DNA of 64,000 nt from Candidatus Eiseniibacteriota bacterium (GTDB taxonomy: Bacteria > Eisenbacteria > RBG-16-71-46 > CAIMUX01 > VGJL01), in contig JBHGAY010000016.1 in assembly GCA_041946735.1 (NCBI GenBank), positions 1 to 64,000 of the forward strand, written 5' to 3'. The translations under genes and the position numbers were made by a program. Position 1 is the first letter of the stretch; every line of letters starts with the position of its first letter. The notes below the pieces were generated by a model. That model was not told the DNA's origin, made no database searches, and saw nothing but the letters and a program-made list of their open reading frames with translations. Below are positions 27,602 through 37,384 of the stretch, one piece after another.

Positions 27602-29238
27602 CGATGGGTCTGGCATTGGGAGAAGGGGCGGCGCGCAGGCCTCCGACTGCGATCGGCGCCGGTGTCCCGAACCGGTCGCAGGAACGGGTTTCCGCCGTCT
27701 CCGGGGCTTCCGAACCTCTTCCGAAGCGGAACGCTCTGATCGCGACCTGGCTCATCATCTTCTTCGCGGCGGCGATCCTGTACTCCCTGACGGCTCAGAG
27801 AAACATCGGCTGGCAGGACACCGGCTGGTACCAGATGCGCTCCATCGACGGGAACGTCACGACCGGTATGGGGCTGGCGGTGGACCATCCCCTGTATATC
27901 GTGATCGGGCACCTCCTCTCCCTCCTTGGTCCCCAGAGGCTCCCACTTCTGCTCAATCTGTGGAGCGGACTGGCTATGGCCGCCGCCCTCGCGAATCTTG
28001 GCACTGTCCTGTTCATGATCACGAAGCGGTGGACGACGGTCGCAGTGGTAGCGGTCCTTGCGACTTGTCATACGATCTGGTGGCTCTCCACCGTGGCCGA
28101 AGTCTATGCGCCCGTCGTAGCCGGATTCACCGTGGAACTCCTCGTTCTGTATCTGCTGCTGCACGATCCGCGCGGCAGATACGTGGCTGCGCTCGCATTC
28201 GTGAACGGCGTCGGACTCTGCTTTCACGACCTCGCCCTCCTTCCTCTTCCGGTCTATGTGCTCGTAACGGCGGCGCTCGTCCGGCAGAGGAGGTTGCCGC
28301 CCTGGACAGTGGCCGCATTCGCTGGAGCCTGGACTCTCGGGGCTGGGTACTTTCTGATCCTGATCGTTCGCGCCGCCATACACTCCGGTTCGCTCCTGTC
28401 CGCGGTCAGCTCGGCTCTCTTCGCAGGCCGGTGGTCTCCGCTCGTCCTCGGGACCGCGCGACCCGACCGCGGGCTGTTGGTGGCCAATCTGGGACTCATA
28501 GGGATGAACTTCGCCAACGTTCTTCTGCCGCTGGCGGTCCTCGGCTGGCTGCGATTTCGATCCACGCTCGGTGGATTGGGCGGCGCTGCCTACGGTCTGA
28601 TCACCTTCATCCACGTTCTGTTCGTGTCGCGATATTTCGTGGCGGATCAGTTCACCTTCATGGGCCCGAGCCTCGTCATGATCGCCTTCGCGGCGGGGAT
28701 CGGATTCGTCACCCTGGCTTCCCGATCCCATTCGTGGAATCGGGCCATGATCGCGCTGTGCTGCGCGTCTGCGATCCTACAGCCGCTGATCATCGCCGCT
28801 TCACCCGCGATCGCGAGCCGGGCGGGAGTGTCCATCGAGCGCCCGCGTCCACTGAAGTACCGGGACGAAGCGCGTTACTGGCTGATTCCGTGGAAAGCGA
28901 ACGAGGATTCCGCCTTTCGGTGGGCGCGCGAGGCCTTGGCACGGGCTTCCCAAGAGCGCGGCATCATCATTGCCGATGCGACCACAATGTCTCCGCTCCT
29001 GTTCGTCCAGCGCTACTACGGAGTTGGCCGGAGTGCGACCGTGCTGTCACCGGGCTGCGGCCTGCCCAACTTCCACACGGACGTGGATGCATTCCGAGAG
29101 GCGGTGGGCGACCGGCCGCTCTTCGTGCTGTCGAACTCCTCCGAATACGTGCGCTCCGCGGCCGCCGAGCTACAACCGGTGGCGGAAGTCGGAGAGAATG
29201 TCGACGGCCTCTTCTACCGGCTTCGCTGGCGGCCTTGA
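27598..29238 (+). CDS. DUF2723/TMEM260-like protein O-mannosyltransferase family membrane protein
   Basis: WQDTG.Y, HPLY...GHL, LNL.S, W..ST.AEVY, G...H motifs. Confidence 0.75.
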   Translation: MTMGLALGEGAARRPPTAIGAGVPNRSQERVSAVSGASEPLPKRNALIATWLIIFFAAAILYSLTAQRNIGWQDTGWYQMRSIDGNVTTGMGLAVDHPLYIVIGHLLSLLGPQRLPLLLNLWSGLAMAAALANLGTVLFMITKRWTTVAVVAVLATCHTIWWLSTVAEVYAPVVAGFTVELLVLYLLLHDPRGRYVAALAFVNGVGLCFHDLALLPLPVYVLVTAALVRQRRLPPWTVAAFAGAWTLGAGYFLILIVRAAIHSGSLLSAVSSALFAGRWSPLVLGTARPDRGLLVANLGLIGMNFANVLLPLAVLGWLRFRSTLGGLGGAAYGLITFIHVLFVSRYFVADQFTFMGPSLVMIAFAAGIGFVTLASRSHSWNRAMIALCCASAILQPLIIAASPAIASRAGVSIERPRPLKYRDEARYWLIPWKANEDSAFRWAREALARASQERGIIIADATTMSPLLFVQRYYGVGRSATVLSPGCGLPNFHTDVDAFREAVGDRPLFVLSNSSEYVRSAAAELQPVAEVGENVDGLFYRLRWRP

Positions 29239-29443
29239 GCCTGGCCGAACGTCCACTCGGCTCTCGGTCCGAATGGGGAAGGGAGAGAACCGAACGGCGA
29301 CGCCTTGCCCTCTTCTGGCCGTTCTCCCTTCTGGTATCCTGACTTCCTGGATCGTGTTTGACTCACCCGGGAGCCGCGCCTCCTTGCGTGCTCCCGATTC
29401 CCGCGAACAGAAGCGTGATGCACGCGAAGCGGAAGGAGGAACG

Positions 29444-30193
29444 GTGCGAGCGAGACTATTGGTTCTGCCGGTGATCCCCCTGTTGTTTGTTCTGGCATGC
29501 GGCGACGACGAGGCGACTCGTCCCGACCGCGCTCAGGGACAAACGGCTTCGACCGCCGTAATCGTCGGCACCATTTCCGAGCAGCTGTTGGCGGCCCGCG
29601 GAGCATCCGCGGGCGCTCGCGGTGCGGACTGCCCGGACGCCGTCGTGACGCTGAACGGGAGCCCCGCGTCGGTCCGGTTCGATGAGGAAGACTGCTCGTT
29701 TCTCGTCTCCGACATCGAGCCGTCGGAGGTCCTCGTGGTGCGGATCGAGCTTCCCGAGCTGGGGATGAGCGGATCGGTGACGATCGACAACGTCGACGTG
29801 GGGGAGCTGATCGAGATCTCCGTGGAGACCGGGCACAATGGCCTGGCGATCTCGGTGACAAGGAGAGAGAGACCGAGCGAGATCGGCTCCCTCCCCGAGA
29901 TCGTGGAGGACAACCGGGCGACGTTCCTCGTGCACGCCGGATTCTATGACCAGGGCCTTACCGTGCGCGGAAACAAGTTCACGCTGGTCGGAGAGGCGGG
30001 CGACGATTGCAGCGACATCGACAGCTGGACGGTCCTCGCCGGGCCGGTCGTGGTCGAGGGGAACAACGCCACGTTCCGGAACGTCTCCTTCGAGGGCCCC
30101 GTGCAGGTTCTCGGGAACAATGCGCGCTTCATCCATTGCTGCATCGGCGGCTCGATGCTGCTCTTCGGCAACAACACGGACATCCATCCCTGA
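29444..30193 (+). CDS. Putative lipoprotein with a C-terminal short beta-helix
   Basis: GTG behind AAGGAGG, lipobox VLA|C, repeated V.GNNA.F units. Confidence 0.65.
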   Translation: MRARLLVLPVIPLLFVLACGDDEATRPDRAQGQTASTAVIVGTISEQLLAARGASAGARGADCPDAVVTLNGSPASVRFDEEDCSFLVSDIEPSEVLVVRIELPELGMSGSVTIDNVDVGELIEISVETGHNGLAISVTRRERPSEIGSLPEIVEDNRATFLVHAGFYDQGLTVRGNKFTLVGEAGDDCSDIDSWTVLAGPVVVEGNNATFRNVSFEGPVQVLGNNARFIHCCIGGSMLLFGNNTDIHP

Positions 30194-30237
30194 CGGGAGG
30201 CAGCCGCGGGAAGCGCTTCGAGCTTTCATCACGACCC

Positions 30238-30274
30238 GATCGAGAGGGAGCGCTCCCGCTGCTCCCTCTCGATC
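30238..30274. terminator. Hairpin between convergent genes, probable terminator
   Basis: 14-bp stem GATCGAGAGGGAGC/GCTCCCTCTCGATC. Confidence 0.55.
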
Positions 30275-30275
30275 C

Positions 30276-31364
30276 TCACGGTCCCGGCGTCGCGGCCGGC
30301 AGAAAGTAGAACAGCGAGGCGATGATGAGGTACATCGTCACGAGCTGAACTCCCTTGTACCAGTTCGACCGCCCTCCGCCTGAAACCATCACACCAAGGG
30401 CGACGGCCATGAGGAGCGCCGCCATCTGGGCCCTTCCGAAGGACAGCATCAACGGCTCCGGTGCGAGGAATAAGCTTGCGAGCACGAGCATCGGGGCGAC
30501 GAAGAGCGCGACCTGAATGCAGCTGCCGAAGGCGATCCCGATGGCGAGATCCATCTTATTCTTGCGTGCCATCGCAATCGCGGACCCCCCTTCCGCCGCG
30601 CCTCCTACGATGGCGAGGAATACGATCCCGATGAAGACGCTGGACATTCCCAGTGCTTCGCCCGTTTCCTCCGCCGCGCCGACCAGGATCTCGCTCATCC
30701 ATCCCGCGAGCACCGAGGCGACCAGCAGGCCGCCGGCGGCCCTTGGAAGGCTCCAGCGGCGTCGCTCGCTCTCGTGACTCGGCGATTCCGCGCTCCGGAA
30801 CGTGTCCGGATGCGTCTTCAGCATGAAGACCAGGTAGAGCCCGTACGCCACGAGCAGGTAGGCCGCGACGCCAAGGTTCAGCGCGTTCTTCTGGCGCAGG
30901 AGATCGCGCCCGATCTCGACCTGGCTGAAGGCGCTGGGGATCGCGAGGCTCAGGACCGCCATCATCATCATGGTGCCGTAGATCGTTAGCGCCCCGGCGT
31001 TGTACGTCTGCTCGTGATACTTCAGACCGCCGAGGAGGAACGCCATTCCGAGGCCGAGGAGCAGATTGACGAGCACGGCGCCGACCAAGGAGGCGATCAC
31101 CATCTCGGGGAACCCGGCACGAAGCGCGACCGTCATGATGATCAGCTCCGGCGCGTTGCCGAAGGTTGCGTTCAACAGCCCACCGACGGCGTCTCCCGTG
31201 CGCAGCGCGATCTGCTCGGTCGACCGCACGATCCCGCCTGCGATCGGCACGATTGAAAGGGCGGCGGAGAAGAAGACGAGGGGGGCGGCGGCGTGCAGGT
31301 GGTCGAGAAGCAGCGTGATCGGGACGAACACGAGCAGCCAGTTGAGGGAGGGCTTGAGCGACAT
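30276..31364 (-). CDS. cax: Ca2+/H+ antiporter (CaCA/CAX family)
   Basis: GGLLNATFGNAPELI alpha-1 repeat, GGAAE alpha-2 repeat, GSCIQVALFVAP. Confidence 0.93.
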   Translation of the reverse strand: MSLKPSLNWLLVFVPITLLLDHLHAAAPLVFFSAALSIVPIAGGIVRSTEQIALRTGDAVGGLLNATFGNAPELIIMTVALRAGFPEMVIASLVGAVLVNLLLGLGMAFLLGGLKYHEQTYNAGALTIYGTMMMMAVLSLAIPSAFSQVEIGRDLLRQKNALNLGVAAYLLVAYGLYLVFMLKTHPDTFRSAESPSHESERRRWSLPRAAGGLLVASVLAGWMSEILVGAAEETGEALGMSSVFIGIVFLAIVGGAAEGGSAIAMARKNKMDLAIGIAFGSCIQVALFVAPMLVLASLFLAPEPLMLSFGRAQMAALLMAVALGVMVSGGGRSNWYKGVQLVTMYLIIASLFYFLPAATPGP

Positions 31365-31386
31365 GGGGAACTCCTTCCCCGCCCCC

Positions 31387-32076
31387 TCATCGCGAGGGGG
31401 GTGTGAACGCCTGAGAGACCAGCCGGGCGATGAGAATGGCGGGATAGAGCTGGCCGATCAGGGTCTCGAAAACCGTCAGCGTGCGGGCCACCGGGTGGAT
31501 CGGGGTGATGTCGCCGAAGCCGGTCGTGGTCAGCGCGACCAAGCTGTAGTAGATCCAGTCGCGGCGGTCTCCGATCGCGCCGCTCAAGGCGAAAGAACCC
31601 GGATGGATCTTCTCGACGAGGGCGTAGACAGTCGCCCAAGTCACACCGATCAACAGGTAGACCGAAACGGCGCCGAGGATTCGGTGCTGGTTGACCTTCC
31701 CACCCGCGAACACGCGGATCAGGAGAATCAACGCCAGGAACGTCGAGGAGAGCGCAAAGAAGGCCAAGCGGGCTGGTCCTGCGACGCCCGGCTGCCAGAA
31801 CCCCTCGATAATCCGGAGCCCAGCTCCGAGGACCGCCACTCCGATGACCAGCGCACGCGCCCCGCGCTTCATCGGGACCGCGGTCGCTCCGGTGAGGAGA
31901 AGGACGGAAAAGAACAGATCGCCGAGCAGATTGCCTTCGCCGGTGCGTGGCAGGAGAAGCGGAGCGACGAAGACCCACCCGACGAGCAGGAGGAGGAACA
32001 GGGAGAGACCCCGCTCGTCCGTCCAGATCGTCAACGTGACCCTCTTGAAGGGCCGGTACCGGAGCGGCACGCCCAC
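31387..32076 (-). CDS. Potassium channel family protein (Ion_trans_2)
   Basis: YYS.V.LTTTGFGDI.P pore motif, GQLY.AILIARLV. Confidence 0.88.
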   Translation of the reverse strand: MGVPLRYRPFKRVTLTIWTDERGLSLFLLLLVGWVFVAPLLLPRTGEGNLLGDLFFSVLLLTGATAVPMKRGARALVIGVAVLGAGLRIIEGFWQPGVAGPARLAFFALSSTFLALILLIRVFAGGKVNQHRILGAVSVYLLIGVTWATVYALVEKIHPGSFALSGAIGDRRDWIYYSLVALTTTGFGDITPIHPVARTLTVFETLIGQLYPAILIARLVSQAFTPPSR

Positions 32077-32174
32077 GGCGGCATCCTAGAGAAAGCCGCG
32101 AGCCCAGGCGATCGGAAATTCGACCTTCGGTAGCGCCGGCGCCGAGGGCGCCGGGCGGCCTTCTCTCCCTGCGA

Positions 32175-33365
32175 TCATCGTGCTTGCGGCGCGCTCGTCT
32201 CCTTCGTGGACGCGATCAGGCCGCCGTCGACAAGAAACCGGCCGATCGCAGAGCCGATGATCCGGTTGGCGCGGGAGTTCGGGTGCGGATCGGTGACACT
32301 GACCCAGTACCTCGTGGCGGCCTTGCCCTGGAACTCCGGGAAAAGGTCAAGGACCGGGATGCCGTTGGTCCGGCAGAACTCCGTGACTGCCTCATGGTAG
32401 GACGTGAGTGGGTAGGTCTTCCGGTCGAGAGAGACAAAGGCCGGGAACACGACCACGGCGGTGCGGGCGCCGATCGATCGGCTGACCCGGTCGATCTCGA
32501 GCAACGCTTCGCGCGATCGGATCCACCCCGGGCTCTCCTCCGCGAATCCGGCGCGGTACGCGCCAACGTACCCGACGCTCTTCAGCAGCCCCATCTTGCG
32601 TGCGAGGGCACCGACTCGTGGAGAGAGAAAGACAAGGAGCTGCGACTTGCCCTTCACGCGGAACATCGCGTTCGTGATCCGGGAACTGACGCTACGCGCC
32701 GAGGAATCACTGCTCCTCACCGACGGCTTCTCGGCGGCGCCTTCTCCGTTGGAGGGAAGGTTGTCCGCCAACGCTGCCTCGTTCGCATTGCTCTTTGGAT
32801 CGATATCGTTGTACAGGTAACCGACGAGCACGAGGTCGGGCTGGAAGCCGGCACCTACCTCGGTGAGGTACGCCAGCTCCTGCTCCGTGTTGTATCCCTC
32901 GGTTCCGAAGTTGACCGTTTCCACGCGGCGGCCGGCCTCGATCCCGCGGGCATTCAGCTCCCGCTCGAGCACCTGAAGATAGGTGTCTTCGAAAGGCACT
33001 CCGGTCCCGAAGGTGAAGGAATCTCCGAGACCGATGATCCGGAACACGCCTGCCGGCTTCGGGATCGTGATGTCCGGCCCGCGTTGCCCTGTCGCATTCG
33101 TCTGGATGACGACACCGCTTCGGATCGCCTCGCGATTGGGCAGGAGTCCGCCAATCCGGCCGGAACCGGGGATGGGTGCGGAGAATCGGCGCGTGTCCGA
33201 TTTGGGTTGAAGCATTCGGATCGCGCCTTCGGCGACAGCGAGGGCGAGGGCCACGCTGACGATTACCAGGACCCAGTTGGCCAGCCGGGTTCCCGCGCCT
33301 GCCCTCCGGCCGCCGGCGCCGTGGCCCGCTTGCGAGGTCGCGCTCGTATCCGATGTCGTCCTCAT
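32175..33365 (-). CDS. SGNH/GDSL hydrolase family protein (SxtL-like) with N-terminal anchor
   Basis: LGDSFTFG, N.G..GY.T.QE, YLYND, DPHPN. Confidence 0.88.
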   Translation of the reverse strand: MRTTSDTSATSQAGHGAGGRRAGAGTRLANWVLVIVSVALALAVAEGAIRMLQPKSDTRRFSAPIPGSGRIGGLLPNREAIRSGVVIQTNATGQRGPDITIPKPAGVFRIIGLGDSFTFGTGVPFEDTYLQVLERELNARGIEAGRRVETVNFGTEGYNTEQELAYLTEVGAGFQPDLVLVGYLYNDIDPKSNANEAALADNLPSNGEGAAEKPSVRSSDSSARSVSSRITNAMFRVKGKSQLLVFLSPRVGALARKMGLLKSVGYVGAYRAGFAEESPGWIRSREALLEIDRVSRSIGARTAVVVFPAFVSLDRKTYPLTSYHEAVTEFCRTNGIPVLDLFPEFQGKAATRYWVSVTDPHPNSRANRIIGSAIGRFLVDGGLIASTKETSAPQAR

Positions 33366-33436
33366 CCCTCTCCTCCTCCAAGGGCGGCGCCGGAATGGCC
33401 CTCCCTCGCGCCCTTTCCCACAGGGAAGCCCCGGCC

Positions 33437-33595
33437 TCAGAAGAGCGTGTAGATGAAGGGAGCGACCGCGCTTCCTGCCGTCAGCGCGACCACCAGCCCG
33501 ATCGTCAGCAGCACGATGACGATCGGCATCAGCCAGAACTTCTTGCGGATCCTGAGGAAACCCCAGATCTCCCGCGCGGCCCCTAGATATCCCAT
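33437..33595 (-). CDS. Small membrane protein, DUF5989/SxtK-like
   Basis: W.FLR.RKKFWL.P..GSA.APFIYTLF signature. Confidence 0.88.
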   Translation of the reverse strand: MGYLGAAREIWGFLRIRKKFWLMPIVIVLLTIGLVVALTAGSAVAPFIYTLF

Positions 33596-33691
33596 TCCTC
33601 GACTCCTGTGGCTGCAGTGCACCGGCGCTGCATCAAGCACCACCCTCTCGGGCGCAAGGGCTCCGGCGGTGCTTCGACCGGCGCCGACAAA

Positions 33692-34165
33692 TCACGAATA
33701 CGACCGTTCATAGCTCTTCGGGTCTGGTTCCGCCTGCGTCTCCGGGCGGTCGACCCAGTAACTCGGCCGCCGACGCTTCCAATCCATGTCGAGCGGGTCT
33801 CGCCGGAACGGCCGACTCACGACGCCGTAAGGCGTCACGATCAGGAAGTAGACGAGGGTCAGAATCACGCGGGTGGAAACCCAGGATAGCGCCTCGGCGA
33901 ATCGCATCCAGAGACGGAAGAAACGGATCCAAAGCGGACGAAGGAGGAACGCGCAGAGGAGCGAGAGCGCCCCGATCCCGGCGAGAATTTCAGCACGCGT
34001 TGGGTGGCCGCGCCACAGCGAGAGCGCTGCGATCGCCCCGGTCAGAAGCGCGAGAATGATCGAGAAGCGACGAGCTTCCGTCGCCTCGCTCCGTTGCCGC
34101 CTGGGTCTGAGGACCGGCGCTCCGTCCGTGAACGAAGGAGCCTTTTCCTTTCGTGGATCAGTCAA
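33692..34165 (-). CDS. SxtJ-family membrane protein
   Basis: WMRFA..L..V...VIL...YFL..TP.G...R....DPL..SYW. Confidence 0.85.
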   Translation of the reverse strand: MTDPRKEKAPSFTDGAPVLRPRRQRSEATEARRFSIILALLTGAIAALSLWRGHPTRAEILAGIGALSLLCAFLLRPLWIRFFRLWMRFAEALSWVSTRVILTLVYFLIVTPYGVVSRPFRRDPLDMDWKRRRPSYWVDRPETQAEPDPKSYERSYS

Positions 34166-35996
34166 GGGCGAACTCCTTCATCCATGACGTGTCCGAGGCC
34201 GGCAACGACTGATCCTCTTTGCCGATCAGCCAGGAACCGAGGACGAGGACGTCCATGTCGGTCCGCATGAAGCAGCGCCAGGCGTCTTCGGGCGTGCAGA
34301 CGATCGGCTCGCCGCGCACGTTGAAGGACGTGTTGACGATGACCGGACAGCCGGTCTTCTCGTAGAAGCGCTCGATCAGCCGGTGGTACCGGGGAGAGTC
34401 CTCACGAGACACCGTTTGAATCCGCGCCGAGCGATCGACGTGCGTCACCGCGGGGATCTCGCTCCGGATCACCTTCAGCTTGTCGAGACCGAAGAGTCCA
34501 TCATCATCGCAGGGAAGGAGACGGTCTTTGTGAACGTCGGCGACGAGGAGCATGTACGGGCTCTCCGCGCCGTCCAGGTCGAACCACTCCGCCGCTCTTT
34601 CCTTGAGCGCGGATGGCGCGAACGGGCGGAACGACTCGCGGAACTTGATCTTCAGGTTCATTTTCGTCTGCATCTCGCGATTTCGGGCGTCACCGATGAT
34701 CGAGCGCGAACCGAGGGCCCGGGGTCCGAACTCCATCCGGCCGTCGAACCAGCCGATCACTTTGCCTTCCGCGATCATGTCCGTGACCCGGTCGACCAAC
34801 TCCTCGAAGTCCGACGCGCGCGAAGCCTTGATCTCGCGCTCGACGAGGAAGCGACCGATCAAGTCGTCGTCGAACGCGGGGCCAAGGAGGCTTGCGCGCT
34901 GCGAGTCATGGATTCCGTCGGCGCGGCGCTCGGCGCCCAGAATCTGATGATGGACGAAGAGGGCCGCCCCGAGTGCGCCTCCCGCGTCTCCTGCGGCCGG
35001 CTGGATCCATATCCGGCGGAAGGGCCCTTCGCGGAGGATCCGCCCATTGGCGACGCAGTTGAGGGCCACGCCACCCGCAAGAACCAGATTCTCGCAACCG
35101 GTCCGGTCGCGGGCGAACGCAGCCATCCGCATCATCACCTTCTCGGTGACGACCTGAATCGACGCCGCCATGTCCATCTCGCGTTGCGTGAGCGCGCTCT
35201 CCGGGGAGCGCGGCGGACCGTCGAAGAGCCGGGCGAACTTCTTGTTCGTCATCGTCAGGCCCGCGCAATAGTTGAAGTAGCGCATGTTCAACCGGAAGGA
35301 CCCGTCCTCGCGGATGTCGATCAGCTCGCGCTCGATCCGGTCGACGTAAACCGGCCGGCCGTACGGGGCGAGGCCCATCAGCTTGTACTCGCCGCTGTTG
35401 ACCTTGAAGCCCGTGAAGTAGGTGAAGGCCGAGTACAGGAGCCCGAGGGAGTGCGGGAAGTGGATCTCCTTCAGGATGCGGATCCGATTCCCCTCGCCGA
35501 CTCCGAGGCTGGCCGTCGCCCACTCTCCGACCCCGTCGATCGTCAGGATGGCGGCCTTCTCGAAGGGCGAGGGGAAGAAGGCGCTGGCGGCGTGCGATTC
35601 GTGGTGCTCGGTGAAGAGGATCTTTCCCTCGTACCCGAGCTCTTGCCGGATGTCCTCGCGCATCCAGAGCTTCTTCTTGAGCCAGAGCGGCATCGCCAGG
35701 AGGAACGAAGAGAGCCCGGCGGGCGCGAACCGCAGATAGGTCTCGAGGAGGCGCTCGAACTTGAGAATCGGCTTGTCGTAGAAGACGACGTAGTCGAGCT
35801 GGTCGACCGAATCGAGTCCGCCCTCGCGCAAGCAGTAGGAGATCGCGTTTCGGGGGAACCCGAAGTCGTGCTTCTTGCGAGTGAAGCGCTCCTCCTGAGC
35901 GGCTGCGACGATCCGGCCCTCGTCGACGAGGCACGCGGCGCTGTCGTGGTAGTAGGCCGAAATGCCGAGAATCCTGCTCACATTCCTCCCCCCCAT
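34158..35996 (-). CDS. O-carbamoyltransferase (NodU/CmcH/SxtI family)
   Basis: GISAYYHDSAA, EERFTRKKH, HHESHAASAF, GEYKLMGLAPYG, GRMEFGPRALG, NTSFNVRGEPIV. Confidence 0.96.
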   Translation of the reverse strand: MGGRNVSRILGISAYYHDSAACLVDEGRIVAAAQEERFTRKKHDFGFPRNAISYCLREGGLDSVDQLDYVVFYDKPILKFERLLETYLRFAPAGLSSFLLAMPLWLKKKLWMREDIRQELGYEGKILFTEHHESHAASAFFPSPFEKAAILTIDGVGEWATASLGVGEGNRIRILKEIHFPHSLGLLYSAFTYFTGFKVNSGEYKLMGLAPYGRPVYVDRIERELIDIREDGSFRLNMRYFNYCAGLTMTNKKFARLFDGPPRSPESALTQREMDMAASIQVVTEKVMMRMAAFARDRTGCENLVLAGGVALNCVANGRILREGPFRRIWIQPAAGDAGGALGAALFVHHQILGAERRADGIHDSQRASLLGPAFDDDLIGRFLVEREIKASRASDFEELVDRVTDMIAEGKVIGWFDGRMEFGPRALGSRSIIGDARNREMQTKMNLKIKFRESFRPFAPSALKERAAEWFDLDGAESPYMLLVADVHKDRLLPCDDDGLFGLDKLKVIRSEIPAVTHVDRSARIQTVSREDSPRYHRLIERFYEKTGCPVIVNTSFNVRGEPIVCTPEDAWRCFMRTDMDVLVLGSWLIGKEDQSLPASDTSWMKEFALD

Positions 35997-36118
35997 CGCC
36001 GAGGGTCGATTCTACCATGTATCGTCAATTCCCGGAGCCGGCATTAGCCTGCGGGACTGCCGAACGCGTCGCGGCGAGGCAGGCGGGACAGCGCGAAGCG
36101 GAGTATCATTCCCCTTCG

Positions 36119-37237
36119 ATGAAGAGCATCCCCGAGAACGAACCGGTTGCGGCCGCCCTCCTGGGCCTCATCGATCGGTACGAGAAGGAAAGCGGCTTCT
36201 GGGGCGCATTCCTGATCGAGGCCCAGGGGCGGGTGCTCCTCTCCGGCGCACGCGGGTATGCGCACCTCGGGTTCGGCATCCCCAACCGGCCGGAGACCCG
36301 GTTCGATACCGCCTCTGTGACCAAGATCTTCACGGCGGCGGCCGCCTTCCGCCTGATCGACCGGGGGCTCGTCGGCCTCGAGGAACGCGTCCGTGACATC
36401 ATCGACCTCGGCGACTCGCCCATTCCTCACGAGGTCACGCTGGCTCATTGCCTCACCCACAGCTCGGGGATCGCGGACGATGCCGATGAAGAAGCGGGCG
36501 AGGATTACGAAGACATCTGGCGCGAGCGCCCCTGCTACATGGTGCGCGAGACGCGCGACTTCCTTCCGCAGTTCGCCGCAAAGCGGCCGCTCTTCCCGCC
36601 CGGGACGGCCTGCCGCTACAACAATTGCGCCTTCGTCCTCGCGGGGCTCGTGCTCGAGGACCGGACAGGGATGTCCTACCGAGACATCGTCGAGCGTGAG
36701 GTCTTCGCGCCGGCCGGGATGACGCGAAGCGGGTTCTTCGCCAAGGATGGGACCGAGCCCGACGTCGCGGAAGGCTACGCCGAGATGCAGGACGCCAAGG
36801 TAGCCGAGGTAGCCGACGCGCTACGCGACGACCCCGCTCGTTCCCCACGCCTTCGCAAGAACATCTATGCCTATCCGCCGGTCGGTTCCCCGGATGGCGG
36901 CGCCTACACGACGGTCGGCGACCTCCGGTCCTTCTTCGCGGCCCTGGAAGGTCCCGATTACCTGTCGCCGCCGTCGCGCGGGCGGATCCTGTCGCCCGTC
37001 CTGCACTATCGGGACCTGAAGGATGGAGGCGAGCGAAGGATGGGATATGCGCTGGAGCACGACTTCGACCCCTCGGGCAGTCGTGTGCGCTTCGGCAAGG
37101 ATGGCGTCAATCCCGGTGTCGCGGCGATCGCGATGCGCTATCCGGACAACGACGGGTTCATCGCCCTTCTCGCGAATCGGGACGCCGATGTATGGACCCT
37201 ATGCCGGGAGCTCGCTCGCACCGCCGGTCTCGTCTAG
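36119..37237 (+). CDS. Serine hydrolase, class C beta-lactamase-like fold
   Basis: SVTK (SxxK), LTHSSG, YNN (YxN); no signal peptide. Confidence 0.88.
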   Translation: MKSIPENEPVAAALLGLIDRYEKESGFWGAFLIEAQGRVLLSGARGYAHLGFGIPNRPETRFDTASVTKIFTAAAAFRLIDRGLVGLEERVRDIIDLGDSPIPHEVTLAHCLTHSSGIADDADEEAGEDYEDIWRERPCYMVRETRDFLPQFAAKRPLFPPGTACRYNNCAFVLAGLVLEDRTGMSYRDIVEREVFAPAGMTRSGFFAKDGTEPDVAEGYAEMQDAKVAEVADALRDDPARSPRLRKNIYAYPPVGSPDGGAYTTVGDLRSFFAALEGPDYLSPPSRGRILSPVLHYRDLKDGGERRMGYALEHDFDPSGSRVRFGKDGVNPGVAAIAMRYPDNDGFIALLANRDADVWTLCRELARTAGLV

Positions 37238-37384
37238 GGACACTCCGAGCAGACGTTCGGGATCCGCCCCGCCCCCCCTCTCTTTCCCACGAATTTCGCT
37301 TCTGAAGCGCCGAGCCTTGCATGTACGATCTCCCGTTCCTGACTTGTCCGCTCACTTCGATCGGGCCGCGCTGCAAGGATTCCG

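Noticed and set aside
32175..35996. Saxitoxin biosynthesis
   Set aside because: No sxtA, sxtG or other core genes in the window, and the cassette is widespread.
36119..37237. Beta-lactam resistance gene
   Set aside because: Generic cytoplasmic serine hydrolase with no signal peptide or KTG motif; the fold alone does not imply resistance.
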